A stretch of 64,000 bases of DNA from Candidatus Bathyarchaeota archaeon. Lineage in GTDB: Archaea > Thermoproteota > Bathyarchaeia > Bathyarchaeales > Bathyarchaeaceae. Numbering within the stretch: position 1 is the first letter of the stretch; each line of letters starts with the position of its first letter. Below are positions 1-10,092 of this stretch, one piece after another. The translations under genes were made by a program, and so were the position numbers. The notes under the pieces are model-generated. The model saw nothing but the letters and a program-made list of their open reading frames with translations, did not search any database and was not told where the DNA came from. The stretch spans positions 1 to 64,000 of the forward strand of contig CAVOMX010000011.1 in assembly GCA_963697165.1 (NCBI GenBank), given 5' to 3'.

Positions 1-336
1 CTGGACTATTTCAGGTTCAAAAACATCTTAGACTTCGATCTCCCGGAAGGCTCCTTATTTGTGAGGGCACAATGCGAACCATTTAATCCCAAGATGGAAC
101 TTTCTCAAGACCGAATGATACGGTGGTTACAGCATTTCAAAATAAACATCAAGAACGACTGCAAACCTTACCAAATTCACGCCAGCGGTCACGCGTCTGG
201 TCCCGAACTACAGGAAATGATAAACAAAATCAAGCCAAAACTCTTAGTTCCAGTTCACACAGAGAAGCCAAATCTTTTCAGTAATCCTGCGGGCAAAGTT
301 CATATACCCAAAAAGGGCGCAGAAGTGAGTTTATAA
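1..336 (+). CDS. Metallo-beta-lactamase/beta-CASP (RNase J-like) hydrolase, C-terminal part; 5' end outside the window
   Basis: Frame open from base 1; HASGHA and PVHTE motifs typical of the RNA-metabolising MBL C-terminus. Confidence 0.75.
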   Translation: MDYFRFKNILDFDLPEGSLFVRAQCEPFNPKMELSQDRMIRWLQHFKINIKNDCKPYQIHASGHASGPELQEMINKIKPKLLVPVHTEKPNLFSNPAGKVHIPKKGAEVSL

Positions 337-368
337 TAACGTTTTTTAGAGCCCAACAGCTATTTTAT

Positions 369-770
369 TTGGGAGATGTGAACGTTTTGAGTACTGAAAA
401 AGAGTTTTCTTTAACTGAATTGAACAAGCCAGCAGACTGGAATAATCTTACGGGTATGGCCAAGAAGCATGTGCCCATTATCGAGGCACCAGCTATGGTT
501 AAAGCCAATGAGCCATTTGTTGTAAAGATTAAGGTTGGCGGAATCGACGGCGTTGAGCACCCCAACACTTTAAGTCACTGGGTAAACTGGGTTGCCCTTT
601 ACGCCGGAGAACGACTAATCTCAAGGATAGAGTTTGGTTCTGAACTGTCAGATGGCTACGTTGTGTCCCTGAATGTAACCCTGAATCAGTCAGCCACCCT
701 GAGGGCACAGGAATTCTGTAACCTGCACGGAATCTGGGAAGGAAAAACAAAACCAGTCAAGGTCGAGTAA
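369..770 (+). CDS. Superoxide reductase-like (neelaredoxin/class II SORL) protein
   Basis: KHVP, HPNTxxH and CNLHG iron-ligand motifs; true start may be GTG 378 or TTG 387. Confidence 0.85.
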   Translation: MGDVNVLSTEKEFSLTELNKPADWNNLTGMAKKHVPIIEAPAMVKANEPFVVKIKVGGIDGVEHPNTLSHWVNWVALYAGERLISRIEFGSELSDGYVVSLNVTLNQSATLRAQEFCNLHGIWEGKTKPVKVE

Positions 771-864
771 ACCCAAAATTTCTGATTCTGAGCTGCTCAA
801 GTCGGAGCCAATTTAGAATAAGAGTTTATTTGAGAATACAGACATGCAAACAGGCAACAGAAGT

Positions 865-1032
865 TCAAGCTTTTTTGAGTGCCCTAAAAGCCACTATCAA
901 AGCCAATGTTAAAACCAAGAAGACTCCACCAAATACTGTAAGTAGCATTTTGAAGACTGGTTCTCCGATTAAAACTTGAGATGAAGGAAACGGAAAGAAA
1001 TATGCTGCTGAGAGGACACAATAGAAGATTGT
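865..1032 (-). pseudogene. Small membrane protein or 5'-truncated fragment (not in ORF track)
   Basis: Stop-free 55-codon hydrophobic frame TIFYCVLSAAYFFPFPSSQVLIGEPVFKMLLTVFGGVFLVLTLALIVAFRALKKA*; first ATG is internal (948). Confidence 0.4.
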
Positions 1033-1033
1033 G

Positions 1034-1273
1034 TTACTTTTTGTCTTCCAGTATCAGCATGGTTATGGTTGACCTGACCTCATTGAGGCTACGCACATTC
1101 CATGTGACTATGTCTTTTAGTTTTTCCATTGTTTCCGCTTGAATCTTGGCTACTACATCGTAGACGCCGTAAACAGGAAATATTTCCACAACAGCGTCAA
1201 GTTTCTCCAAAGCTGATACAACATTTTCCATATGTTTAGGTTCAGTGTTAATCAACACATAGGCCATGTGCAT
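1034..1273 (-). CDS. Lrp/AsnC ligand-binding (RAM) domain protein
   Basis: AYVLIN...VYGVYDVVAKI...VRSTITM pattern; GGAGA RBS upstream of ATG 1273. Confidence 0.85.
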   Translation of the reverse strand: MHMAYVLINTEPKHMENVVSALEKLDAVVEIFPVYGVYDVVAKIQAETMEKLKDIVTWNVRSLNEVRSTITMLILEDKK

Positions 1274-1356
1274 ACAATCGTCTCCACACCTATTCATGTA
1301 AATATCCTAAAGAATGTTACCTTTTTAGGCAAGTCTTCAGGAACAATAAGCCTTTT

Positions 1357-1872
1357 TCAGATTGCCATCTTGTCCCACTGTTTCTTCTTTTTTTCGTATT
1401 CTTGCTTCGAGTAGTATGGATGGGCTGGAGAACCAAAAACGACCGTTCTCGCCTGAACATCCTCCAGAACGAGACTTCCTGCACCTACTACGCAGCCTTC
1501 GCCCAGTTTTACGCCAGCTGAAATCACGGAGCCGGAACCCACAATACAGTTGTCCTTTATGACTACCGCTTCTTTGCGTCTGCTGGGAGGATACTTTTCG
1601 TTAATGAGGCATACGCAGGGGTGGATTAGGCAGTTGTTTCCGATTCTGGTGTATTCGGGAATGTAAACCATGCCCTGTATTGTGCAGTCGTCGCCTATCG
1701 TCACGTCCCTGTCGATGTGAACAAAGTTTGCGATAACACAGTTTCTGCCGATGGTGGTGTACTCGCCTATGTAAACGAAGCTCCAGACCTTTGTTCCATC
1801 CCCGATTATTGCGGTTTGATGAATGTCCTGCTGTTTTCTGTTGGCTACTGAACCTGACATCGAAACCCCCAT
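1357..1872 (-). CDS. Hexapeptide-repeat (left-handed beta-helix) acyltransferase
   Basis: Repeated IGxxxx hexads and VVFGSPA C-terminal motif. Confidence 0.85.
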   Translation of the reverse strand: MGVSMSGSVANRKQQDIHQTAIIGDGTKVWSFVYIGEYTTIGRNCVIANFVHIDRDVTIGDDCTIQGMVYIPEYTRIGNNCLIHPCVCLINEKYPPSRRKEAVVIKDNCIVGSGSVISAGVKLGEGCVVGAGSLVLEDVQARTVVFGSPAHPYYSKQEYEKKKKQWDKMAI

Positions 1873-1958
1873 TTAATCCCCCACAAAAACATAAACGCCC
1901 GTAATATGTACAGATGCTAAATCAGCTTTTTAGATTTTTTGTCAAAAACAGCCAATGT

Positions 1959-2897
1959 TCAGTCTTTCACGTAATCAAATATCCGTTTCTGGATTCCCCC
2001 ATCCTTCAAACCCATAACAAACTCTATCACATCATTGGGCTCCTTGAAGCGCAGGTTAACTAGGCTCTGGAAGCCCCAATCCGAGCATTTAATACGAGAA
2101 ATGGTAGATGCTGCACTAACTGATTTTGCTAAATCTTCAGTAAGGTTGTAGGTTGCCAGAAATGCTCCACACCAAACGTCTCCAGCTCCTGTAGTGTCAA
2201 CCACCTTGTCTGGCGACAGATTTAATGCAGGAACCATCTGCATTCCCACATCTTCTCCGCTGATTATGGCACCCAAGTTTCCCAAGGTGACAATCAGCTG
2301 TTTAGCTTTCAGAAGCCTAACAGCAGAAGAGAGAGAATCAGTTTGGGCTAATGCTTTAGCTTCTGTGTCGTTTACAATAAAAAAGTCAGCCTTCAAAGCA
2401 ATATCCTTGAGGAGTCTCCTGTTTTTCCGTCCTTCTTTGATGTAATCTATCCACGTGTTAACCGAAACTTTGGTCTCAGGAGACTTCTGCTTTATCTTAT
2501 CTAATATTCTGGAAACCTTCGAGGGACGCATAGGTGAAATGTGAAAAAGGCTCTTGTGCCTAAGCCACCTGTCTGAGATTCTGCGGGACGTTATTCTGGA
2601 GCCAGCGCCATGTTCGGCTTTGAGGTAATGGGCTTCCCAGCGGCGGTCATACCTGATGTGAAACTTTGTGGATGGTGTGTCGTAGATTTTTATGTCCTTG
2701 TAGGGCAAAAGATTCAGGACATTGAGGAATTGGTTGTCTTTTCCAGTAGCCGAAATCAAGGTGACGTTCTGGGACAGGGTTCTGGCTGCTATTGCCGCGT
2801 ATAGGGCTGCGCCTCCTGGCTGAACACGTGTGCCGTTGACGTTTTCTACTTTGTCAACAGATATGTGACCGACAAACACTAGTCTTTGAGCTAACAG
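1959..2897 (-). CDS. PfkB/ribokinase-family carbohydrate kinase
   Basis: PGGAALYAA and DTTGAGD signatures; frame extends from GTG 2879 to a CTG at 2897 downstream of GGTGGGG. Confidence 0.85.
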   Translation of the reverse strand: MLAQRLVFVGHISVDKVENVNGTRVQPGGAALYAAIAARTLSQNVTLISATGKDNQFLNVLNLLPYKDIKIYDTPSTKFHIRYDRRWEAHYLKAEHGAGSRITSRRISDRWLRHKSLFHISPMRPSKVSRILDKIKQKSPETKVSVNTWIDYIKEGRKNRRLLKDIALKADFFIVNDTEAKALAQTDSLSSAVRLLKAKQLIVTLGNLGAIISGEDVGMQMVPALNLSPDKVVDTTGAGDVWCGAFLATYNLTEDLAKSVSAASTISRIKCSDWGFQSLVNLRFKEPNDVIEFVMGLKDGGIQKRIFDYVKD

Positions 2898-3100
2898 ACT
2901 ATTTTCCCCACCCTAGTCCCCATAAGATTATGTTTCTGAACACACAGATAGTCAAGTTCGCTTTGAATAATCTTGCCCTTACATCCCAAAGCATATTTTG
3001 TTTAACTAAACAAGATTTCAAGTATTCTACAGAACCAAAAGATAACTTTTATCAACTATGTTACGTTGGTAAGTTCTACAATTAAAGGGTGTAATGAACG

Positions 3101-4360
3101 TTGAGCACTAAACAATCTTCTCTTCTGAGGTTTCGTCTAAAACGGAATCTGGACAGGCTAGCAGCCAGAGAAGGCAGAGGAACAGAGCTTGTTTCACTGT
3201 ATGTGCCGTATGGTCGCCAAATCAGCGAAGTAATAGCCATGCTCAACAACGAGTATGGAACTGCTTCTAACATCAAGTCTAACACCACCAAAAAGAACGT
3301 TCAGGATGCCATAACCAGAGTCACGCAGCGATTGAAAATGTTCAAGAAGGTGCCAGAAAATGGGCTGGTGCTCTTCTGTGGAGCAATTCCCCAGAATGGT
3401 CCTGGAAGCGAAAAGATTGAATTGTATATAATATCTCCGCCAGAGCCGATTCAAATTTATCTGTATCGTTGTGATGCCAGATTTCACACTGAGCACCTGC
3501 AAGAGTTCCTGAAGGAAAAAGAAACATATGGAATCATTGTTTTAGATGCCTCACATGCATCTTTTGCTACGGTCAGAGGAAAACGTCTCGATGTAGTGAA
3601 GCAGATTACGTCGGGTATTCCCGGAAAGTTCAGGGCAGGAGGACAATCTGCCAGAAGATTTGACCGTCAAAGAGAAGCAAAGATGCAGGAATATTTCACT
3701 CGTATAGGTGAACACGCCAACGAAGTATTTTTGCCCATTGATAATTTGAAGAGCATACTTTTGGGGGGACCTGGACCCACAAAGGACGATTTTGAGAAGG
3801 GAAACTATCTCCATTATACACTGAATGATAAGATTGTAGCCACCGTTGACACGGCCTATACGGATGAGCAGGGAGTATCGGAGGTTGTGGAAGGATCTCA
3901 GGATATTCTGCGGCGGATACGTTATGTTGAAGAAAAGAAGGTTATGCAGAAGTTTCTCCGTGAAATAGGGCAGGACACGGGCTTAGCTACATACGGCGAA
4001 GATGATGTGCGAAAATACCTGAACAACGGAATCGTGGCTACTCTTCTGCTTTCTGAGGATCTTGAGTCGGTTAGGGTCACCGTGAAGTGCGGTTCCTGCG
4101 ACTACCTCAAACATGAAACTATGAAGCTGCATGAGGTTTCAGAGTTTGAGCAGAAAACAAACGGGAGTGCGTGCCCGAAGTGCAGTGTTCCATCTCTATC
4201 TGTTACGGAATCCAAGGAGCTTTTTGACGAATTAGCCGAGACAGCTGAGCTGGCTGGAACGGATGTGGAAGTTTTGTCTGGCGAAACAGAAGAGGGGCAG
4301 ATGCTAAAGAAGTCTTTTGGTGGAGTAGCGGCGATTCTTCGTTACAAAGCCGCAAACTAA
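3101..4360 (+). CDS. prf1: Peptide chain release factor aRF1
   Basis: NIKS, YRCDARF (YxCxxxF), GGQS and FGGVAAILRY motifs; CxxC/CxxC insert in domain 3. Confidence 0.97.
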   Translation: MSTKQSSLLRFRLKRNLDRLAAREGRGTELVSLYVPYGRQISEVIAMLNNEYGTASNIKSNTTKKNVQDAITRVTQRLKMFKKVPENGLVLFCGAIPQNGPGSEKIELYIISPPEPIQIYLYRCDARFHTEHLQEFLKEKETYGIIVLDASHASFATVRGKRLDVVKQITSGIPGKFRAGGQSARRFDRQREAKMQEYFTRIGEHANEVFLPIDNLKSILLGGPGPTKDDFEKGNYLHYTLNDKIVATVDTAYTDEQGVSEVVEGSQDILRRIRYVEEKKVMQKFLREIGQDTGLATYGEDDVRKYLNNGIVATLLLSEDLESVRVTVKCGSCDYLKHETMKLHEVSEFEQKTNGSACPKCSVPSLSVTESKELFDELAETAELAGTDVEVLSGETEEGQMLKKSFGGVAAILRYKAAN

Positions 4361-6813
4361 TACTCCGCGATAAAATGGACATCAGGGTAGCCTTGTAATT
4401 CTCGTCCTTTGCCTTTAGTTAGTATGGCTTCCATTTTTTCTATTTTGCAGGTTCCAGCAAGGTCTTCCTCTGCATGACACAGAACATCTATTTTCTTTTG
4501 GTCTTCAGAGTATACTGTTAGTTTCTGGATGGCTGCATTTAGTGGCTTCTGGTTCTCTGCTTTGTCTCTGCGAATTTCTCCCATAACCGCAACGATGAGG
4601 TCGCCACTTTTTTCAGTCTCTTCGTCAATCAGTTCTTTTTGTATTGTAGGCCAGTGGGAGACGTGGATGCTTTCATGTTTCTTGTTGTCCTCATACATTA
4701 TCTGGTATAGTTCCTCTGTGATGTGGGGTGAAATTGGGGCAAGAAGCTGGATTATCCTGTAGATTGCGGTGTAGAGTGTGTATTGGGCTGCCTCTCTCTT
4801 TTCTGTGCCATACGTCTCAGGTTGATACAGTCGGTGTTTGACGGCTTCGATGTACTGGTCGCAGAAGCTGTGCCAAGTGAATTTTCTTATTTCGTCAGTT
4901 GCTACGTTGAATTGGCAGCTTTCCAGAGCCTCGGTTACATTCTGGGTGACATGCTCCATCTTGCTAAGCAGCCAGCGGTCAATAAGTTCTAGTTTTGCTG
5001 GTTTCTGGTTTGGGTTGTAGTCTTCGAGGTGCATGCCTGCGAAGCGGGAGGCGTTCCAGAGTTTTCTGAGGAACCTCCATGCGTACTCTACGTCTTCCCA
5101 TCTGAATGGTATGTCTGAGCCTGTGGCTCCTCCGCCTGTTGCCCATTGTCTGGGAGCGTCAGCCCCATATTTCTGGAATACGTCTGGGGTGGCTACGAAG
5201 TTGCCTAAGGATTTGCTCATTTTTCTGCCGTCGGTTCCAAGTACCATGCCGTTAATGAGGACGCTCTTGTAGGGTTTCTGGTCGAAGAGTGCGAGGCTGC
5301 GCACCATCAGATAGTATGCCCATGTTCGTATGATGTCGTAGCCTGACGGATGCACGTCTGCGGGGTACAGTTTTTGCCAGTCTTTTTGGTCTGGCCAGCC
5401 CGCATGCACCGCGCAGGTAATAGATGAGTCGAACCACGTGTCTAGCACGTCCGTTTCTGGAACAAATTCTGTGGATGCCACATTTTGGGCATTTGCCAGT
5501 TTTTGGGGCTTCGTTTCGTGGGTCTATGGGAACCCAATCTGGTTCTGCTATTATGGTTTCGTTGCATTGTTTGCAGTACCATGCGGGGATTGGGGTTGCG
5601 AAGATTCTTTGGCGTGAGATTACCCAGTCCCATTCTAGACTGTTTGCCCAGTCTATCATGCGTTTTTTCATGTTGTCTGGGTACCATGTTACGTCTAGGG
5701 TGTTCTTTTTGACTTGCTCTGTGAAGATACGGGTTTTCATGAACCACTGTTCATGTTCCAGTATTTCGATTGGGGTTTTGCATCTCCAGCAGGTTCCAAC
5801 TTCTTGACTGAGTGGCTCTGTCTTTTCTAAGAGACCTGCCTTTTCTAGGTCTGCTACTACGGCTTTTTTTGCCTGTTTTGTGGTTAGTCCAGCGTATTTT
5901 CCTGCGTTTTCGTTCATTATTCCCTTATCGTCGATCAGGATTATTGAGTGGGAGTTTGTGTGTGGTTACGGCTTTTACGTCTGCTTTGTCTCCGTAGGTA
6001 CAAATCATTAGGACTCCTGTTCCGAAGTCTGGGTCGACGCTCTGTTCAGAGATTATTTTGACGTTGCGGTCTGCTATTGGAACATAGATGTTTTTGCCTA
6101 TGTAACGTTTGTAGCGGCCATCTTGTGGGTTAACGGCTACGGTTACGCAGGCTCCTAACAGTTCTGGGCGGCTGGTTGCTATTAGCAGGTGGTTGCCGTC
6201 TTCGAGCGTGAATTTGATGTAGTGAGGTGTGCCTTCTTTTTGTTCATGTTCGACTTCGGCGTCTGCGATTGCTGTTTCGCAGCTTGTGCACCAGCTGATG
6301 GGATGTGTTCCCTTGTAGATTAGCCCTTTTTTGTGGAGTTGAATGAAGCTTAGCTGGGTGTTTTTCCAGTAGTTTGAGTTCATGGTTTTGTATTCTGTTG
6401 TCCAGTCCACAGAGCAGCCAAGACTGTATTATGGCTTTTTTCATTATGGCTATGTACTTGTCTATGACTTGTTTGCAGAGTTTAACGAATTCTGCTGGGG
6501 GCACGTCTGTTTTTTTGATTTTATGTATTTCTTCGGTTTTGACTTCTGTTGGAAGTCCGTGGCAGTCCCAGCCCTGAGGGAATAATACGTTGTAGCCTCG
6601 CATTCGCTTGTAGCGGGCTATGGCGTCTATGTATGTCCAGTTTAGGACGTTTCCCATGTGAAAGTTGCCTGAGGGATAAGGAGGAGGAGTGTCAATAGTG
6701 AATGCTGGGCGGGTGTCGTTTCGGTTAAAATGGTAGATGCCCATCTGTTCCCAGTTTTTTTGCCACTTCTCCTCAATCAAAAGTAAATTGAATTTTTTAG
6801 GGAAAGACTTCAT
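4357..6813 (-). CDS. valS: Valine--tRNA ligase; split into four ORFs by three +1 frameshifts (~6426, ~5945, ~5477), probably sequencing errors
   Basis: DTPPPYPSG, HMGN (HIGH), GWDCHGLP, DWVISRQR, DVLDTWFDSS and KMSKS motifs across consecutive ORFs. Confidence 0.93.
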
Positions 6814-6864
6814 CAGATCAGCCTCTATAACACTGGTTTATCGTAAAATTAACGGGGAACTAAT

Positions 6865-6896
6865 TTAGCTTTTAGGTTAATTACCAACTGTTTAGT
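6865..6896. repeat. Imperfect direct repeat copy 1 (TTAGCTTTTAGGT-N10-CTGTTTAGT); overlaps a possible valS BRE/TATA
   Basis: Matches 8930-8959 with 13 identical nt plus 9 identical nt. Confidence 0.55.
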
Positions 6897-7074
6897 ATAA
6901 CTTTCACTTCGGTTTTCTGAAATACCAATTGTCCACCTTATGATTTTTTCGTCAGTACTTCTGCGTCTAATCCAACTCATTAATCATAAAAGATGGAAGT
7001 TGTTAAACATCAGTCTGCAGGCTCATGTTCATCAACTTCTAATAAGCGCCTTTATGCACGCACATATAATACTG

Positions 7075-7131
7075 AAAAAAGGGGGGAAATTTCGGGATTA
7101 TTTACGGGTGACCTCCACTTGTCCCTAGGCA
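7075..7131 (-). repeat. Intergenic element copy A (candidate ncRNA/terminator element)
   Basis: 22 of its first 26 nt match 8346-8371, followed by shared CGGGTGA and GGTGACC...CCTAG motifs. Confidence 0.5.
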
Positions 7132-7272
7132 AATCCTCACAACTACTAGTAATCTCCTGTATGTAGAGTATTACATTACTATTTGTTGGTCAGTTAGTGT
7201 AAGTTTACGAATCAATTTACTATGAACAATCTTTTATTTTGAAACCTTCCGTATTTTATTAAGGTTCACCAC

Positions 7273-8308
7273 ATGACAAATCTTGTCTCTAAATGTGGAA
7301 TAGATTGCGGTGTATGCCCTTGGGGACCTTACCCACGAAAGGACATGACTGCTGAAGAATTTGAACATTACAGAAAAAAAGGCAAGGAAATTCTTGGTTA
7401 TATGCCAATTAAAACTCCATGTGTGACTTGCCAAACTCCAGACGAAGAAATCCCCAAAACCACAAAGTTGCCAAACAAAAAATGCTTAATCCGCCAATGT
7501 GTAGACAAAACTGGAGTAACAAACTGTGCTTATTGTTCTCGGTTTCCATGTGACACATTGAAAGCAACTGCAGGTCTTTGGAACCGTAAGAGCATTGAAG
7601 ATGAAGCTTGGTGCGCCAATTTCTGAAAAGGATTATCATTCATTTGTTGAACCATTCGAGGGATTAATTCGTTTATCTACTATTCACTCTTCGTTGAAAC
7701 AAAATGAGATTGTAGAGCCAGCAAAAGTTCCAAAATCCAAAACAAGAATCGTTAAATTTCCAGATAATCTACATATTAAAGAAGATTTAGTATCCTTCAA
7801 GGCTGTTCATAATTTACTGTTGAATATTGAGGCTTCTTCGTTAGGATTAAATAACACTGACACATTCGCGCAACAGCACAAACTTGAAAATCAGAAGGCA
7901 CACATTTTGAGGTTTCTGTGGATACTCGGAAATTACGGCAAATTTGAGAAAAGAAATAGTTCATACCTTGTTGTGGACGCTGAGACTTATTACGTCAATC
8001 GAGGCAAAGAGAAAACACTGTCTATTTGGTCTTTTGTTAAAGACATTGTTTTCAAGTTTTTAGCTGAATTTGGAGTTTGTTGCGAACGTGTTGTGTTAAA
8101 AGGAGTAAAGATTGAAGACTTAACCACGGGTACAGGGTATCTTCGAAAGAGGGGCTGGGTTATGAGGATGTCGTTTGAGGATAAAACTGGGGGTAATGCT
8201 GCTCTTAAAGCGCTACAAACTTATGCGAAAAAATTAGACAAGAAATATGGTTCAAGAGCGTTTCAACACTTCCGAGACGCAGACATGACTATTTTGGTTG
8301 AAAACTGA
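7273..8308 (+). CDS. DUF3795-like Cys-rich domain protein; one +1 frameshift at ~7601
   Basis: CGIDCGVCP...CVTC...CLIRQC...NCAYCSRFPC pattern; reading continues in the 7595..8308 frame. Confidence 0.7.
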
Positions 8309-8345
8309 TATCCGAGAAAATTAAGGGTCAGGACAAGGAATTCCT

Positions 8346-8457
8346 AAAAAAGGTTGGAAGTTGCGGGATTAATTGTCGGGTGATATCTCCAGCGGTGACC
8401 AGATCCAGACTAGCCTAGAGGACTTTTTGGTGACCTGATCTGCCTCGTCCTAGGGCA
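8346..8457 (-). repeat. Intergenic element copy B, with two internal GGTGACC...CCTAG units
   Basis: GGTGACCAGATC (8394) and GGTGACCTGATC (8429), each followed by CCTAG; left end homologous to 7075-7116. Confidence 0.5.
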
Positions 8458-8929
8458 GTTTCAAAAACAACTAATTTTTCGCCCGCTCACCCGCCTGCTC
8501 TCTCACCCACACGCACAAAGAAAATAAGAATAAAAAAATTAAATGTAGATTTTAATTTAGGTGGTTAAGATTCAGATATTTTCGGTTAGTAAAAATTATA
8601 AGGGCTTGATAATTGCGGATTAAATGTCAAGTTCAAAAATCTTATATTGACAGGCCTGTTGTATCGCGTTTTCAAATTGATTTCTATTGGTGTTTTGTTT
8701 GTGTTTGTTTAGTGTTTTTTTAAGCCAATTCACATCATCAGCCCCATCATCATATATTGTATATAATGACTTAATATAATTGTTATTTTTATCTTGGAAT
8801 TATGTCAAAATTCGAAATATATCAAAAAAATATCAATAATTCAAACGACTTTAGTAAGCACGCATGGGGATTAAAATATAACCCTAAAAAAGGGGGAGTT
8901 TTAGAACCATAAACAGGTGATTCAATAAA

Positions 8930-8959
8930 TTAGCTTTTAGGTAACATGCCCTGTTTAGT
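8930..8959. repeat. Imperfect direct repeat copy 2 (TTAGCTTTTAGGT-N8-CTGTTTAGT)
   Basis: Matches 6865-6896. Confidence 0.55.
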
Positions 8960-9046
8960 GCTAGCAGATTTTCAGAAAAAAAAGCTGCGTTCAACAATGA
9001 AGCATTATTAGTCTCCCATTATGAATGTTGATGAAGATGTTTTCTG

Positions 9047-9550
9047 TCAGCGTTTAGCTTTTGCTTTGGTCTTCTTCTTTTCTGTAGGTTTTTCTACTGG
9101 TTTTGTTTCTTCTTTGCCTTCCCATTCTACATGTCCATTTGCGGTTGGTTTTTCGAGTTCGCCTGTGGAAAGCATGTCTGGCGGCGGGTATGAGGTATCT
9201 AGGAGGTTGGCTAGCAGGTATGTTGAGGTGAAAACTTGCTGGTAGACTCTGTTGAGTAGCAACGGTATCTTCGTTTTGGGGTTTACTTCTAGCAGTTTTT
9301 CTATGTCAGGATTTTTTCCTTCAATTGTTACGATTCCTTCAACCTCAAATTTTGCGACACTGGGTTTTGTGCCCACAGTTAACACGAAACCGACAACGCG
9401 TTTACCGCTTCTTCGGTCTTTTTCTTCCAGTTTTGCGTTGATATCAAAATTCAACTCGACGGTTTCTAGTCTATCTTTTAGTTTAACGCCTCGCAAACCG
9501 AGAATGTCAACCTTGACTTGAACGTCAGACTCACAATTTTGAGTTGAAAT
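9047..9550 (-). CDS. Hypothetical protein, possibly SecB-like fold, with a Lys-rich tail
   Basis: Beta-strand pattern then a helix ending in YPPP; frame extends past TTG 9496 to ATT 9550, 7 nt after GTGAGGA. Confidence 0.6.
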   Translation of the reverse strand: MSTQNCESDVQVKVDILGLRGVKLKDRLETVELNFDINAKLEEKDRRSGKRVVGFVLTVGTKPSVAKFEVEGIVTIEGKNPDIEKLLEVNPKTKIPLLLNRVYQQVFTSTYLLANLLDTSYPPPDMLSTGELEKPTANGHVEWEGKEETKPVEKPTEKKKTKAKAKR

Positions 9551-9770
9551 TACTGATTCCTCACGCTACTTGACCTGCAAACATTATGTTTGTAATACAT
9601 CAGTGGTTATAATTCGTGGTTTTAGATTTTTTCCATTTAGTGTGTATCATATTACTACACACAGTGGGGTATCTGATCACTCAACAGCTTTGAGAATCGC
9701 CAACAGAAACAAGGCCATTTCTCTCCAGTGCCAACAGAGTTTCAGAGCAACCAGACAGGTAACAAACTGT

Positions 9771-10049
9771 CTAATCAGTGGAATCTTTCGAGAATGCGTT
9801 AGATATCTTCTGTATCTCATTGGTCACCGCAGATAGAAACTTCATCCTGTTTTCGATTTTCTTTCTGTGAGCGCTAGTAAGTTGTTTAAATTTTGGCATC
9901 GTATCTTTCATGACACATATCATGAGGTCACGTTCGTCCTTCTCACTGAGATTCCTTATCTCCACCTGCCCGTCTTGAAATAGAAGCATCAAGTTTCCTT
10001 TTGGGTCAACGTTTGCTTGCATCACGTTTCCCAGATCATCAGGTGTCAA
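9771..10049 (-). CDS. Hypothetical helical protein, possibly 5'-truncated
   Basis: 92-aa ORF with protein-like composition; no RBS; in-frame stop 4 codons upstream. Confidence 0.55.
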   Translation of the reverse strand: MTPDDLGNVMQANVDPKGNLMLLFQDGQVEIRNLSEKDERDLMICVMKDTMPKFKQLTSAHRKKIENRMKFLSAVTNEIQKISNAFSKDSTD

Positions 10050-10092
10050 TAATCTGATTCAGATACACGAAATTACTAATGAGGAATAGCTT

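Noticed and set aside
4357..6813. Programmed frameshifting or a split valS
   Set aside because: No common slippery motif; similar single-base indels occur throughout the window, which points to sequencing error
8520..8880. Replication origin in an AT-rich tract (also considered 47770-49080)
   Set aside because: No convincing repeated ORB boxes and no cdc6/orc1 gene nearby
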